DNA of 64,000 nucleotides from a virus: IMG/VR virus record IMGVR_UViG_3300027733_002357; one strand, 5' to 3'. Shown piece by piece: positions 55,410 to 64,000 of this stretch (position 1 is its first letter; each line of letters starts with the position of its first letter). The notes under the pieces were generated by a model. It saw only the letters and a program-made list of their open reading frames with translations, ran no database searches and was not told where the DNA came from. The position numbers and the translations under genes were made by a program.

Positions 55410-55447
55410 AAATCATTTTTTAATTTAATTAGTTTTTTCTATCTTTG
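55410..55447 (+). promoter_or_regulatory. conserved promoter (AAATCATTTTTT, 18 nt ending TTTC, TATCTTTG)
   Basis: Sequence pattern upstream of the nucleotidyltransferase gene. Confidence 0.55.
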
Positions 55448-55462
55448 CAAAAAATAAAAGAA

Positions 55463-56197
55463 ATGCCACAGATATTTAAAGTAGGAGGATGTGTAAGAGA
55501 TGGGATCCTAGGAATAGATTCTAAAGATATCGATTTCACATTTGTACTTGATAACCTAGATAGAACAGTAGACGAAGGATTTGATATAATGACACAGTGG
55601 CTAGAACACAAGGAGTTTACTATATTTCTTTCCACTCCTGAAATGTTTACTATTAGAGCAAAATTTCCTAAGGGTGATCCAAACGAAGGTCTTGTAGCTG
55701 ACTTTGTTCTTGCTAGAAAAGAAGTGGGATACAAAGAAGGAACAAGACAGCCTATTTTGGAATTGGGAACTCTTGAAGATGATCTTATTAGAAGGGACTT
55801 TACCCTTAATGCTTTAGCAATTGCTCAGGATGGAAATTTAATAGATCTTTTTGGAGGACAAGAAGATTTAAGAATGGGTCTTCTTAGAACTCCATTAGAT
55901 GCACATATCACTATGATGGATGATCCTTTGAGATTCTTAAGAGCTTTGAGATTTTCTATCACAAAAGGGTTCGATATACATTCCGATATCCTAGCTGCAA
56001 TGACTCAACCAGAGATTCTAGAAAAACTAGAAAAGGTTGTTTCTGCAGAAAGAATTAGGGAAGAAGCTTTCAAAATGATGAAAGCTGATACAGTAAAAAC
56101 TCTTGAACTATTTAGGGAAGTCGAGCAAACATTACCTGGTTTTACTAAATTAGTTTTTAGTAGGGGACTATGGCTAAAACCAACATTTGAGTTATGA
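55463..56197 (+). CDS. CCA tRNA nucleotidyltransferase / poly(A) polymerase head-domain protein
   Basis: 'VGGCVRDGILG...SKDIDF' (GGxVRD and DxD of the Pol-beta-like head domain); ATG at 55463 preferred over the TTG at 55445. Confidence 0.6.
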   Translation: MPQIFKVGGCVRDGILGIDSKDIDFTFVLDNLDRTVDEGFDIMTQWLEHKEFTIFLSTPEMFTIRAKFPKGDPNEGLVADFVLARKEVGYKEGTRQPILELGTLEDDLIRRDFTLNALAIAQDGNLIDLFGGQEDLRMGLLRTPLDAHITMMDDPLRFLRALRFSITKGFDIHSDILAAMTQPEILEKLEKVVSAERIREEAFKMMKADTVKTLELFREVEQTLPGFTKLVFSRGLWLKPTFEL

Positions 56198-56601
56198 GTG
56201 ATGACACGTTTAAAAAAATGATGGATTTTTTAGATTCTGAAGAGGGTAAAAAATCTATACAAGAATTTGGAGAAAAAATGAAAAGAGAAGATGAGCGAAG
56301 GGATAGATGGATCGAAAAATTCAGGGAATTAGCAGAACCAGATATAGACTCTGCTCTATCTAGGTTAATTAAAAAATACGATTCTGATGAATACGTAAGG
56401 AGAGAATATTCTCTTGGATACGAACCAAGAGAAAAATTACTATGGATAGCCTTTAATTATGCAGAAAAATATTGCAAAGAGTGTACAGACGAGAAATACC
56501 TGAATATGTTTACTGGTTCAGCTTATTACATAGGTTCTTACGTGATCCAGGTTATGCACGGACAAGGATCAGTGATAAGAATAGATAAGATAGATATTTA
56601 A
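56194..56601 (+). CDS. hypothetical protein
   Basis: 135-aa ORF, overlapping start. Confidence 0.4.
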   Translation: MSDDTFKKMMDFLDSEEGKKSIQEFGEKMKREDERRDRWIEKFRELAEPDIDSALSRLIKKYDSDEYVRREYSLGYEPREKLLWIAFNYAEKYCKECTDEKYLNMFTGSAYYIGSYVIQVMHGQGSVIRIDKIDI

Positions 56602-57146
56602 TCTTCAAATCTTTTCTTTCCTGATATTATATCTAAATATTCCGATAGAGTAAGATCTTTACCGTCTTTTTTAATGATAATATTTAGTATCTGTTGATCT
56701 ACATTATCTGTTGTAGTTCTATCCTCTATATCAAGAGTACCTAATCTAAAAGATAAATCGTTAATCATGGATTTACGGGTTTCCTCCGTATTAAATTCCC
56801 ATTGATATCTAGCTAAAACCCCTTGTATCTCTTCTCTTAACAGATCTGATTCAACAGAAGAGGGAACTAACATATTAAAAAGCTTGTTATTCGTTAAGTG
56901 TAAGGACATAGTAGGGACAAGGCTAACCTTCATCATTAGAACAGGGGAAAAAGTTGCTTCATCGATCCAATTTTCGAATTCAAAATCTTCTATCTTATCC
57001 TTGTTAGTTTCAAGAAAATCTTCAATAACTTCTAAACATCCTTCTGGATCATCCTGTAGGTCTTCTAAGCTAAATACAAAAAACTTTTTTAAAGTTGGTT
57101 CTCTTCTTTGTAATTCTTCTATTTTTTTAAATATCTTATCTCTCAT
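56598..57146 (-). CDS. hypothetical protein
   Basis: 182-aa ORF. Confidence 0.4.
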   Translation of the reverse strand: MRDKIFKKIEELQRREPTLKKFFVFSLEDLQDDPEGCLEVIEDFLETNKDKIEDFEFENWIDEATFSPVLMMKVSLVPTMSLHLTNNKLFNMLVPSSVESDLLREEIQGVLARYQWEFNTEETRKSMINDLSFRLGTLDIEDRTTTDNVDQQILNIIIKKDGKDLTLSEYLDIISGKKRFED

Positions 57147-57927
57147 CGCTGTATATTTTTTCGTTGAATTTTTGTAGAATCCTCCAGTTCTTCGGAAGGA
57201 ATTCGTTTTTTTCTGGATCTATCCGATCAAATTTTCTCCACTCTCCAAAAAGATCTTCTCCGTTTTTTATCTTATCAAAGATGTAATTCTCATCTTTGTA
57301 ATAATCCGTGTTATATTCTTGGTGTGAAAAATCATTTAGCTTTGCTGATATCCTAGAAGGCCCGCCAAAATAAGTAAAATGCCATCCTCCTTTTTCCCAC
57401 CACTGGCAATCAAAAGTTAATCTGCATTCTTCTATGCTTCTAGATTTAAGGTTACCCCAGTTTATAACTTTAGGATGGTACCATTTCTCTTTTTGCCTAT
57501 TCAAAAGAGAACCGAAGTAGTTGTCCATTTCCAATTTAAAAATACCATTGAGATCGTATTTTTCTTTGATGTATAATATTCTTTCGGAATTTGGTATTTC
57601 ATCTATATCTGTGATAATAACTACTGAATTATCATTAAGGCACATTGAATGTAAAAAAGGAAGTGAAGAATTACGTTGGTATTTTTCTCTACTCCAGGCA
57701 TCTGTAAGATTGTCGGGAACGTAAATTTTTATATGTGCTACTTTGTCCCACCACTTTTCAAACCTCCATTTGTTTTCTTCAAGTATAAAGGGTTTAAAAT
57801 CTCCTTTAAATGTTTTGTTTGCCTCTACTATAATAAACTTGTCTACGACATCGTAAAGCTCGTTAAACCTTAGCTCTAGAAGCTCTAGCTCGTTGTAAAA
57901 CGTAAAACAATCTACTACGGTTTTCAT
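57136..57927 (-). CDS. GT17-like glycosyltransferase (beta-1,4-N-acetylglucosaminyltransferase family)
   Basis: N-terminal 'VVDCFTFYNELELLELRFNELYDVVDKFIIVEA' matches the Glyco_transf_17 N-terminal signature. Confidence 0.5.
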   Translation of the reverse strand: MKTVVDCFTFYNELELLELRFNELYDVVDKFIIVEANKTFKGDFKPFILEENKWRFEKWWDKVAHIKIYVPDNLTDAWSREKYQRNSSLPFLHSMCLNDNSVVIITDIDEIPNSERILYIKEKYDLNGIFKLEMDNYFGSLLNRQKEKWYHPKVINWGNLKSRSIEECRLTFDCQWWEKGGWHFTYFGGPSRISAKLNDFSHQEYNTDYYKDENYIFDKIKNGEDLFGEWRKFDRIDPEKNEFLPKNWRILQKFNEKIYSDER

Positions 57928-58797
57928 TTAGATACCTAGAATTTTTTTCCATATTGGTCTCTTGGTAAAAGAAACTTCGTACTTGATGAAATTAAGATGT
58001 GCATTTTTTGTTGCGTGAAAAGCCAATTTTTCTACAAGATATATTTTTTTATCCGATTGATCTGATGTTGGCGAATTTTCTATTATCGATCTAGCACCTT
58101 TGTTTTCTACAATGTAGACCCCAGGCTCGCTATTTTTAGTAAATCTTCCTACTATTATGGTATTGTCTGAGAATTTCATATTATTGTCTACAAATACCAT
58201 TATTCTTCCATTTAATGTACCAATGGAAGTTATCTCCTGCGGATTAGATAATGAAATATCATTGGGGTCAATAATAAATGATGCATGACCCTGAATTAAA
58301 GATGCAGTAGATCTTCCACATAGAATAAAATCTGCGCTTCCTCTTAAGCTTCTTGAAGTTATCGTATATGAGCTAGTCATAATCTTTCTAAAAAGATTTT
58401 CAGAGGCTTCTCTTGAAGAGATGTAGATATAATCTTGAAATGTTATTTTAGGAAAAATCTTTTTAATAGTCTTTTTCCATCTAGAAAGAAGTTCTTTATC
58501 TGACATATCACCAAGCTTATGATAGAGTTCAGATAATTTTTTTTGTTTGTTTGCTAATGATTCAGATTCTAAAGCATTCATAATCATAGCTTCACCGTCT
58601 ACTGAATGGAATTGCTTAAGATCCTGTACTATCGAAGTATTGAATTTTGCTGCAATCCTAAAGTTTTGTAAGCTTATATGCTCATTTTGAGTTGATAGTT
58701 TTATCTCGTTATTTTCACGATCCTCTAAATCAAGATACAAAATAGTATTAGTTGTCGTATCAGTGTTTAAATTACAAGCTGTTTCTAAAAATTTCAT
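57928..58797 (-). CDS. hypothetical protein
   Basis: 289-aa ORF. Confidence 0.4.
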   Translation of the reverse strand: MKFLETACNLNTDTTTNTILYLDLEDRENNEIKLSTQNEHISLQNFRIAAKFNTSIVQDLKQFHSVDGEAMIMNALESESLANKQKKLSELYHKLGDMSDKELLSRWKKTIKKIFPKITFQDYIYISSREASENLFRKIMTSSYTITSRSLRGSADFILCGRSTASLIQGHASFIIDPNDISLSNPQEITSIGTLNGRIMVFVDNNMKFSDNTIIVGRFTKNSEPGVYIVENKGARSIIENSPTSDQSDKKIYLVEKLAFHATKNAHLNFIKYEVSFTKRPIWKKILGI

Positions 58798-58798
58798 A

Positions 58799-59275
58799 TT
58801 ATGATTTTTTTATTTGTGTTAATAATCCTCCGAAAGCTTCTTCTAAATTTCCATAAAGAGGTATGCTATATCTAGAACAAACGATTTGTACATTTCCCTT
58901 TCTCCAAAATCCATCTGGACAACAAACTATTATTTTGCTAGACGCTGCATATAATCCCAGCTCTAATAATGATATTGGTGATTTAGTGTTAGGCGAGAAG
59001 TACATAAATATAATATCGCATTCATCCAGCTTGTTCATCTCCCAATTAACTTGGTGATTAAATTCAGGATTAGATTCTTCCTGTTTCCATGAAGAATCCC
59101 AAGAATCCCTTCTAGGATTAAATAGGGTGGCATCTAAATCTAACCCTGAAAGTTTATGAGTTATCTCATCTTGCCAGTTTTCAGCTGCTCCCATTTCTAT
59201 AGATCCTGCAAGAAAAACAGTGACCCCGATATTTTCGAGATCACTGTCTGTTGGTTTTAAAATTTGTATTGACAT
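58799..59275 (-). CDS. nucleoside 2-deoxyribosyltransferase-like protein
   Basis: 'VFLAGSIEMG' and 'SLLELGLYAAS' resemble the Nuc_deoxyrib_tr family G-rich loop and catalytic Glu region. Confidence 0.4.
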   Translation of the reverse strand: MSIQILKPTDSDLENIGVTVFLAGSIEMGAAENWQDEITHKLSGLDLDATLFNPRRDSWDSSWKQEESNPEFNHQVNWEMNKLDECDIIFMYFSPNTKSPISLLELGLYAASSKIIVCCPDGFWRKGNVQIVCSRYSIPLYGNLEEAFGGLLTQIKKS

Positions 59276-59277
59276 AC

Positions 59278-61155
59278 TTATTTTAGAGTCTCAGCCGGTG
59301 GATTGTTTCGTATTTCTTCCAATTTATCTGATTTCTTATCAGAGATTTGCTTTAAAAGCTCCATCCCAAGAAGTCCTGATATAGGACCGTTACCTCCATC
59401 ATTTCCAGTGATAAGTATTTCTGGTATGATTTTAATTCCGTTCGTACCTATCATCTCAGTAACTTTTAATTTACCGAAATTGTCTTCACCCATTGCCTTA
59501 ACTTGTAGATCGTAAGCTTCTGCAGTTGCTTTACCGATTGCCTCGATTTTACTTGCTTCTGCGTCTCCTGTTAATTTGATCTGAGAAGCATCCGCTTCAG
59601 CCATCATCTTCTTAGCTTCTGCTTGTGCACCTGCTTTAAGTTTCATTGCCTGTGCTTCACCTTCTGATCTCTTAACCGATGCTTCCGCTTCACGTTGTGA
59701 TATCTCTACCGATTGTTGTGCAGCAACCATTTTACCTTGCATATCAGCTAATGCCTTAGCAGACTCTAAAGTCTTACGTTGATCCTGAGCTTTACGTTGT
59801 GTTTCAAAAGTTACCTCCTCCTCTTGTGCAATCTTACGATCTGTAAGAGTTTTCATAAGTTCTGCTGGAGGTGTAATATCTCCAATCAATGTATCTACTG
59901 CGTGTACATTGTATTCTTCAAGTACTTTGCTGATTGATTCTTTTGCAGCATTTTGTCTTGTTTGACGTGTGCTTAAGAAAGAAATAACATCTGAATCTTG
60001 TGCAGAGTTACGGAAGTAGTTACCAATTGTTGGTTCAAGTACCTGTGAAACTAGATTTGACATAGATCCAAATCGAGCAATTACCTTAGGAGCTTCAGTT
60101 GAAGGTATGTGAATGATCTGCGATACATCCAGATTGAACGGGAAACCGTCTTTAGAACGAACTGTGATTGTACTTAAGTTCTTATCTAAGTTGTGAGATT
60201 CACTTCTAGCATTTGCCCAGTTAAGAACCAGATTTGTTGTAGGTACAACCTCTATCTTTTGTGTGTAAGGGTTAACTGCGTATTTACCTGGATCTAGTGG
60301 TGTAATCCAAACACCTTTTTGTCCTTTCTTAACGATATTACCATGTTTGAAAGTATCTCCTGTTTGATCTATACCTTCATCACCTACGTAAGAGATAACA
60401 ACACCAACGTGACCAATCGGAATAGATGTCATTTCTTTTTTCTCTACTTCAACTGCCCAAGGGTTTAATGTATACGAACCTGCTTGAATAACTTGTGTTT
60501 GTAAGCCTCTTTGTCCTCCATGATCTAAGAATTTATCAAAATCCTGGAAGTTGTTATGATCATCAACTGGTGATCCTGCAATGGCATTTTGATCTAATGG
60601 CTTACCATCAAGTGTTGTGATAATACCTACCATTCCATCCTCAATATAAGTTATATCTGCTTGAAACACTTCAAATAACTGTGTATTGATACGATAAACT
60701 CCATTGTTAAGATATCCAACTTGTTTACCTCTTTGTCCTCCGTTAGTTAAGAATGCACGTGTGTCTTGGTAATCGTCACATTCTACGTGACGTGCTAGGA
60801 TAGCACCAGTAGGTAGCGACATACCATCTTTTGCAGTGATAAGACCTAGTTTTCCTTTCTCAACGATTATTAAATCTGCTTGATCGATTGAGTATTGCCA
60901 AACCCAATAAGCCCAGTATAAACCTGGCGCTAATGTATCTGCTTGATACCCTGGTTCTCCATTTAGAGCAATAATCTTACCGTCGGGTAAAGATTTGTTT
61001 GCTCCAAATAGGACGAATTTTTTGGTTACTAAACCAATTTTATCTTCTGGTATAATTACCATACCGAAGAAGAAACGAAGCGTGAACTTATAGAAGATCA
61101 ACGCAAATACTGGGATGATTGTCCACCAGTAATCAAGAATTAAATGTAAACTCAT
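59278..61155 (-). CDS. SPFH/band-7 (flotillin-like) membrane protein
   Basis: N-terminal TM, SPFH-like core, C-terminal A/E/K/Q-rich flotillin-type coiled coil. Confidence 0.55.
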   Translation of the reverse strand: MSLHLILDYWWTIIPVFALIFYKFTLRFFFGMVIIPEDKIGLVTKKFVLFGANKSLPDGKIIALNGEPGYQADTLAPGLYWAYWVWQYSIDQADLIIVEKGKLGLITAKDGMSLPTGAILARHVECDDYQDTRAFLTNGGQRGKQVGYLNNGVYRINTQLFEVFQADITYIEDGMVGIITTLDGKPLDQNAIAGSPVDDHNNFQDFDKFLDHGGQRGLQTQVIQAGSYTLNPWAVEVEKKEMTSIPIGHVGVVISYVGDEGIDQTGDTFKHGNIVKKGQKGVWITPLDPGKYAVNPYTQKIEVVPTTNLVLNWANARSESHNLDKNLSTITVRSKDGFPFNLDVSQIIHIPSTEAPKVIARFGSMSNLVSQVLEPTIGNYFRNSAQDSDVISFLSTRQTRQNAAKESISKVLEEYNVHAVDTLIGDITPPAELMKTLTDRKIAQEEEVTFETQRKAQDQRKTLESAKALADMQGKMVAAQQSVEISQREAEASVKRSEGEAQAMKLKAGAQAEAKKMMAEADASQIKLTGDAEASKIEAIGKATAEAYDLQVKAMGEDNFGKLKVTEMIGTNGIKIIPEILITGNDGGNGPISGLLGMELLKQISDKKSDKLEEIRNNPPAETLK

Positions 61156-61165
61156 TTTTTAGATT

Positions 61166-61498
61166 TTAAAAATTGTTTTTTGTAAAATTTACCCCCATTT
61201 CAAATGCCTCTTCTGCAGTGGGGGTTTTACTACCGAAGATAGGATGTTCAATATCAAAAATATTTTGAAAGTTAAGTCTTTTGTCTTGTGAATAATATCC
61301 TGACCAATATCCAAGGTTACTCTTAGCTATGTCAGTAGCTTCGTCCTTTGATATTTGATTTTCTGATTTATCTAAGATCCATACGGAGTAATCTTCTAGA
61401 TATTTCTCAGCAACAGGCTTATCCTGAATTTTCATTGCTAAGTAACCTATTTCATCGTAGGTTAATTCAGCTTTGTTCTTTGGGTTAAAAACTATCAT
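61166..61498 (-). CDS. hypothetical protein
   Basis: 110-aa ORF. Confidence 0.4.
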   Translation of the reverse strand: MIVFNPKNKAELTYDEIGYLAMKIQDKPVAEKYLEDYSVWILDKSENQISKDEATDIAKSNLGYWSGYYSQDKRLNFQNIFDIEHPIFGSKTPTAEEAFEMGVNFTKNNF

Positions 61499-61510
61499 TC
61501 TTTCTAAATT

Positions 61511-62278
61511 TTAAAGTTCACTTAATAAAATCATCTCCTTGTCCCATGCTCCTAAAATTTGCCAGTAGAATCCAAAAGGACTTTGAACTAGCAAAATTGG
61601 GTCTCTTTTCTCGTAGGCTTTTCTAAATTTGTCAGGCTCAGCAATCACATAGAAGACTGGTTTTTTACTGCAAATCTTATCCATCTCCTCAGTGTATGCT
61701 TTCATGACTGCAATAGCATCATCTGGAAATTCAGGAACAAAGAGATCCGATGTGTTCATAACCAGATCGTATTTGTCAAGCAGGTTATCAATCTTCTCGT
61801 CGGTAGTGTTTTGGAACTCGTTAAAAAATGCTTTGTGTACTTCCCATTTTTTTCTGTTTTCCAGTCTTTCAATTAAAGCATCAACTTCACGTTTAGCATA
61901 CTTCTGAACTATAAGTTCGCTCTTGTACTTTAAGACATCAATCTTGTCCTGTAGGTTGCTCAAGGTCCATGGTGTTGGAATTGTTTCTAACTGATCCAGA
62001 ACATCGATAGGTTTGATTACGATTTTTTGAGGGGGCTGTGTGGTCTTTGGCATTTCTTCGTCGCCCTCCCCCTCTGATGATGGCTCATTGACTCTGATTG
62101 AGCCTGATACGTTGTGTGCAATAAAACTGTTACCTTGATACATTGAACCATAGTTCTTAAAATCAAATAGGAAGCTTTCATCCAATCCCGAAGAACCCAT
62201 CAATGTAAAAGTTGATTCCCCGGATTCGTTTTTGCTATTTTCTTTTTTACCAAAAAGATTTTTAAAGAATTTTATCAT
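61511..62278 (-). CDS. hypothetical protein
   Basis: 255-aa ORF; start overlaps the upstream stop (ATGA) within the conserved junction. Confidence 0.45.
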   Translation of the reverse strand: MIKFFKNLFGKKENSKNESGESTFTLMGSSGLDESFLFDFKNYGSMYQGNSFIAHNVSGSIRVNEPSSEGEGDEEMPKTTQPPQKIVIKPIDVLDQLETIPTPWTLSNLQDKIDVLKYKSELIVQKYAKREVDALIERLENRKKWEVHKAFFNEFQNTTDEKIDNLLDKYDLVMNTSDLFVPEFPDDAIAVMKAYTEEMDKICSKKPVFYVIAEPDKFRKAYEKRDPILLVQSPFGFYWQILGAWDKEMILLSEL

Positions 62279-62637
62279 TGTTCTTGTTGTTTATTTTCTG
62301 TTATCTTTTGAATGTAAGTTTCCCAACCCATTTTTTTAGCATAATAAGCTACTTTAACAGTATGACTAACCATTGCTCCTGTTTGACCCTGTGATTCTTC
62401 TGGGCTTTCTTCATTTAAACACATATATTTAATCATAGGATCCATAACATCATCAGAAGTATTCACGTTTGTAGTTGTTATTAGATCAAATAGTTCTGGA
62501 TTATTATCAAAATACTCCACACCTCTGATAACCATTCTTTGGCATTCTAATTCATAATCACATGGGTTGTTAGGATCCTCTGAAAATCCGCTTAAAAAAT
62601 CCCCAACAGGGTACTTGTATTTTACTTGTTCTTTCAT
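62275..62637 (-). CDS. hypothetical protein ending ..KQQEQ
   Basis: 120-aa ORF; member of the tandem array with the conserved junction. Confidence 0.45.
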   Translation of the reverse strand: MKEQVKYKYPVGDFLSGFSEDPNNPCDYELECQRMVIRGVEYFDNNPELFDLITTTNVNTSDDVMDPMIKYMCLNEESPEESQGQTGAMVSHTVKVAYYAKKMGWETYIQKITENKQQEQ

Positions 62638-62867
62638 TGTTCTTGTTGGTTAAAGGTTATTAATATTTCTTGCTTTGTTTTACTTCCATCAAAGTAGCAT
62701 AAATGATTTTCTAACTCTTCTAATGAAGAAAATTCACACTTGGTGTCAACTGCATTATTAACCCACGCATCTACCCACCACCATCTAAAAATAAAATGTT
62801 TTTGTTGGATAATATAAGTAATAACTCCATCTACATTTGTTCTTTTAACTATTCTTACTTTTTTCAT
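62634..62867 (-). CDS. hypothetical small protein ending ..NQQEQ
   Basis: 77-aa ORF; conserved junction. Confidence 0.4.
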   Translation of the reverse strand: MKKVRIVKRTNVDGVITYIIQQKHFIFRWWWVDAWVNNAVDTKCEFSSLEELENHLCYFDGSKTKQEILITFNQQEQ

Positions 62868-62879
62868 TGTTCTTGTTGT

Positions 62880-63077
62880 TTAAAGGTTAATTTTCTTTAT
62901 ATAACTTGTGCCGATGCTTTCTTCAACACCATCAAGTTTATAGTAATAAACAACACCATAATCCATATCAACTTTATGCGTTGTAAATACTCTTGGATGT
63001 CCTTCTTCTACCTTTCTAAATATGCAGACATCACCAACTTGGTAATTATCTAAAATTTCACTTTGTTTTGCCTTCAT
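62880..63077 (-). CDS. hypothetical small protein
   Basis: 65-aa ORF; conserved junction. Confidence 0.35.
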   Translation of the reverse strand: MKAKQSEILDNYQVGDVCIFRKVEEGHPRVFTTHKVDMDYGVVYYYKLDGVEESIGTSYIKKINL

Positions 63078-63082
63078 TATTC

Positions 63083-63922
63083 TTATTGTTTAAATGTTTT
63101 TACAATACTACCATCACTATAATAATAAATCAATACTTTATTACTTTCAGGTGTACATTCTTTACCCATTAAATCCGTAATCTTGATTAAATGCTTATCT
63201 AGACTTAATTCAGTTATACCAGTTGTAGTATAACAATAATTAAATACTTCTTGACATCCCATAACATCTTCTACATATATGTCATAACAACCTGCATATA
63301 GTTCTGCAAGATTAGTAATATTCAATGATTGACAATGAGAACCGTAGTATTCAACATGGTTACCTAAGTTATCTGTACCAATTAAAAGAATATTATAAGG
63401 CTCAGTACCAAACTGAGGATTAATCCCAAGGTACTCACCTATACAAGTATCACACTGTGGTACACTAGCAATTGGAGTAGGAAGTGTAATCTGATTAGGG
63501 AATTTATATTTAAAATTAACAATAAGTGTATCATGTTTATCAGTAGCTGATTCAACATGGCTATCTATAACAGTTAATCTATAAGTATAGATGCCATTAC
63601 CTAATTTAGGCTGAGGTGTACTTAAGTTAACACCTAAGAAATCTAACCAATCAAATAGTAAATCACCACCAGGTACAATAGTGCATAATGTTGAATCTTG
63701 TATAACTGTGCTAGTATTTACTTGTTTCCACGTATAAAAAATAGGTCTCTCACCACCTTGAATATAACCCTCAATTGTCATTGAATCATTATAACAGTTT
63801 GCTGGAATGACATGCACAGTACAGGTATCACCAACAGGCACTGTATAATGAATGGACATTGGATGATATTGACACAATAATAAATTTGGTAATATCAGTA
63901 ATAAAATTAAAAATTGTTTCAT
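63083..63922 (-). CDS. secreted Cys-rich protein
   Basis: Signal peptide (LILLLILPNLLLCQ), many Cys; conserved junction upstream. Confidence 0.45.
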   Translation of the reverse strand: MKQFLILLLILPNLLLCQYHPMSIHYTVPVGDTCTVHVIPANCYNDSMTIEGYIQGGERPIFYTWKQVNTSTVIQDSTLCTIVPGGDLLFDWLDFLGVNLSTPQPKLGNGIYTYRLTVIDSHVESATDKHDTLIVNFKYKFPNQITLPTPIASVPQCDTCIGEYLGINPQFGTEPYNILLIGTDNLGNHVEYYGSHCQSLNITNLAELYAGCYDIYVEDVMGCQEVFNYCYTTTGITELSLDKHLIKITDLMGKECTPESNKVLIYYYSDGSIVKTFKQ

Positions 63923-64000
63923 TGTTCTTGTTGTTTAGTAATGCCACCCTTTTTTAAATGCTTGATTGTAATCATCATGTCTTCTAAGCATCTATTCTAA

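Noticed and set aside
55445-55462. TTG start (MQKIKEMPQ...) given by the ORF track for the nucleotidyltransferase
   Set aside because: It lies inside the TATCTTTG -7 box. The downstream ATG (55463) gives the canonical M..I..VGG.VRD N-terminus.
1-64000. tRNA, rRNA, CRISPR, transposase/integrase
   Set aside because: A scan by eye found no T-loop/GTTCRA-type tRNA signatures and no repeat-spacer arrays. It found no IS/integrase motifs in any ORF.

Overview
The window is AT-rich (roughly 30% GC by eye), densely coding, and mostly encodes short orphan proteins. I read it as part of a large dsDNA phage (jumbo-phage-like), or a very large prophage, of a Bacteroidota host; this is inference, no search was run. 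Host-type evidence: at least 8 intergenic promoters with a Bacteroidetes-style -7 box (TAnnTTTG), many lipoprotein and signal-peptide proteins, and one protein with a canonical type IX secretion (T9SS) C-terminal sorting domain. Virus-type evidence: a GH19 endolysin with an N-terminal PG_binding_1 domain flanked by spanin-like genes, a ClpP-fold protease, a Dda/RecD-like SF1B helicase, a CCA/poly(A) polymerase head-domain nucleotidyltransferase, PP-lambda-like phosphatases, and a ferritin-like protein. There are also a PF13759-like 2OG-Fe(II) oxygenase, a nucleoside 2-deoxyribosyltransferase-like protein, an SPFH/flotillin protein, and three large LamG proteins with a shared N-terminal 'RPFAYNP' domain that look like receptor-binding proteins. 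A sugar-modification cluster is present (methyltransferases, GT9-like, two hexapeptide acetyltransferases, DegT aminotransferase, GNAT). No rRNA, tRNA, CRISPR array or transposase was seen. The most interesting observations are: (i) at least 12 otherwise unrelated proteins share a short N-terminal leader (MK[HN][IL]K.[FI][ED][QN][FW]...), reminiscent of T4 capsid-targeting sequences, with a ClpP-like protease nearby; (ii) a 9-gene minus-strand envelope module (42.1-50.8 kb) with a secreted HExxH protein, a NucA-like nuclease plus a possible inhibitor, an EPN-type C-type lectin, a Q/N/G/S-rich protein with a C-terminal beta-barrel next to a CsgG-like lipoprotein, a Ca-binding acidic-repeat membrane protein and a T9SS cargo protein; (iii) a highly regular promoter (AAATCA-T7, 17 nt ending TTTC, TAnnTTTG), often placing the start codon at the predicted transcript 5' end; (iv) four standalone DUF1566-like paralogs; (v) a tandem small-gene array sharing an identical stop/start junction.
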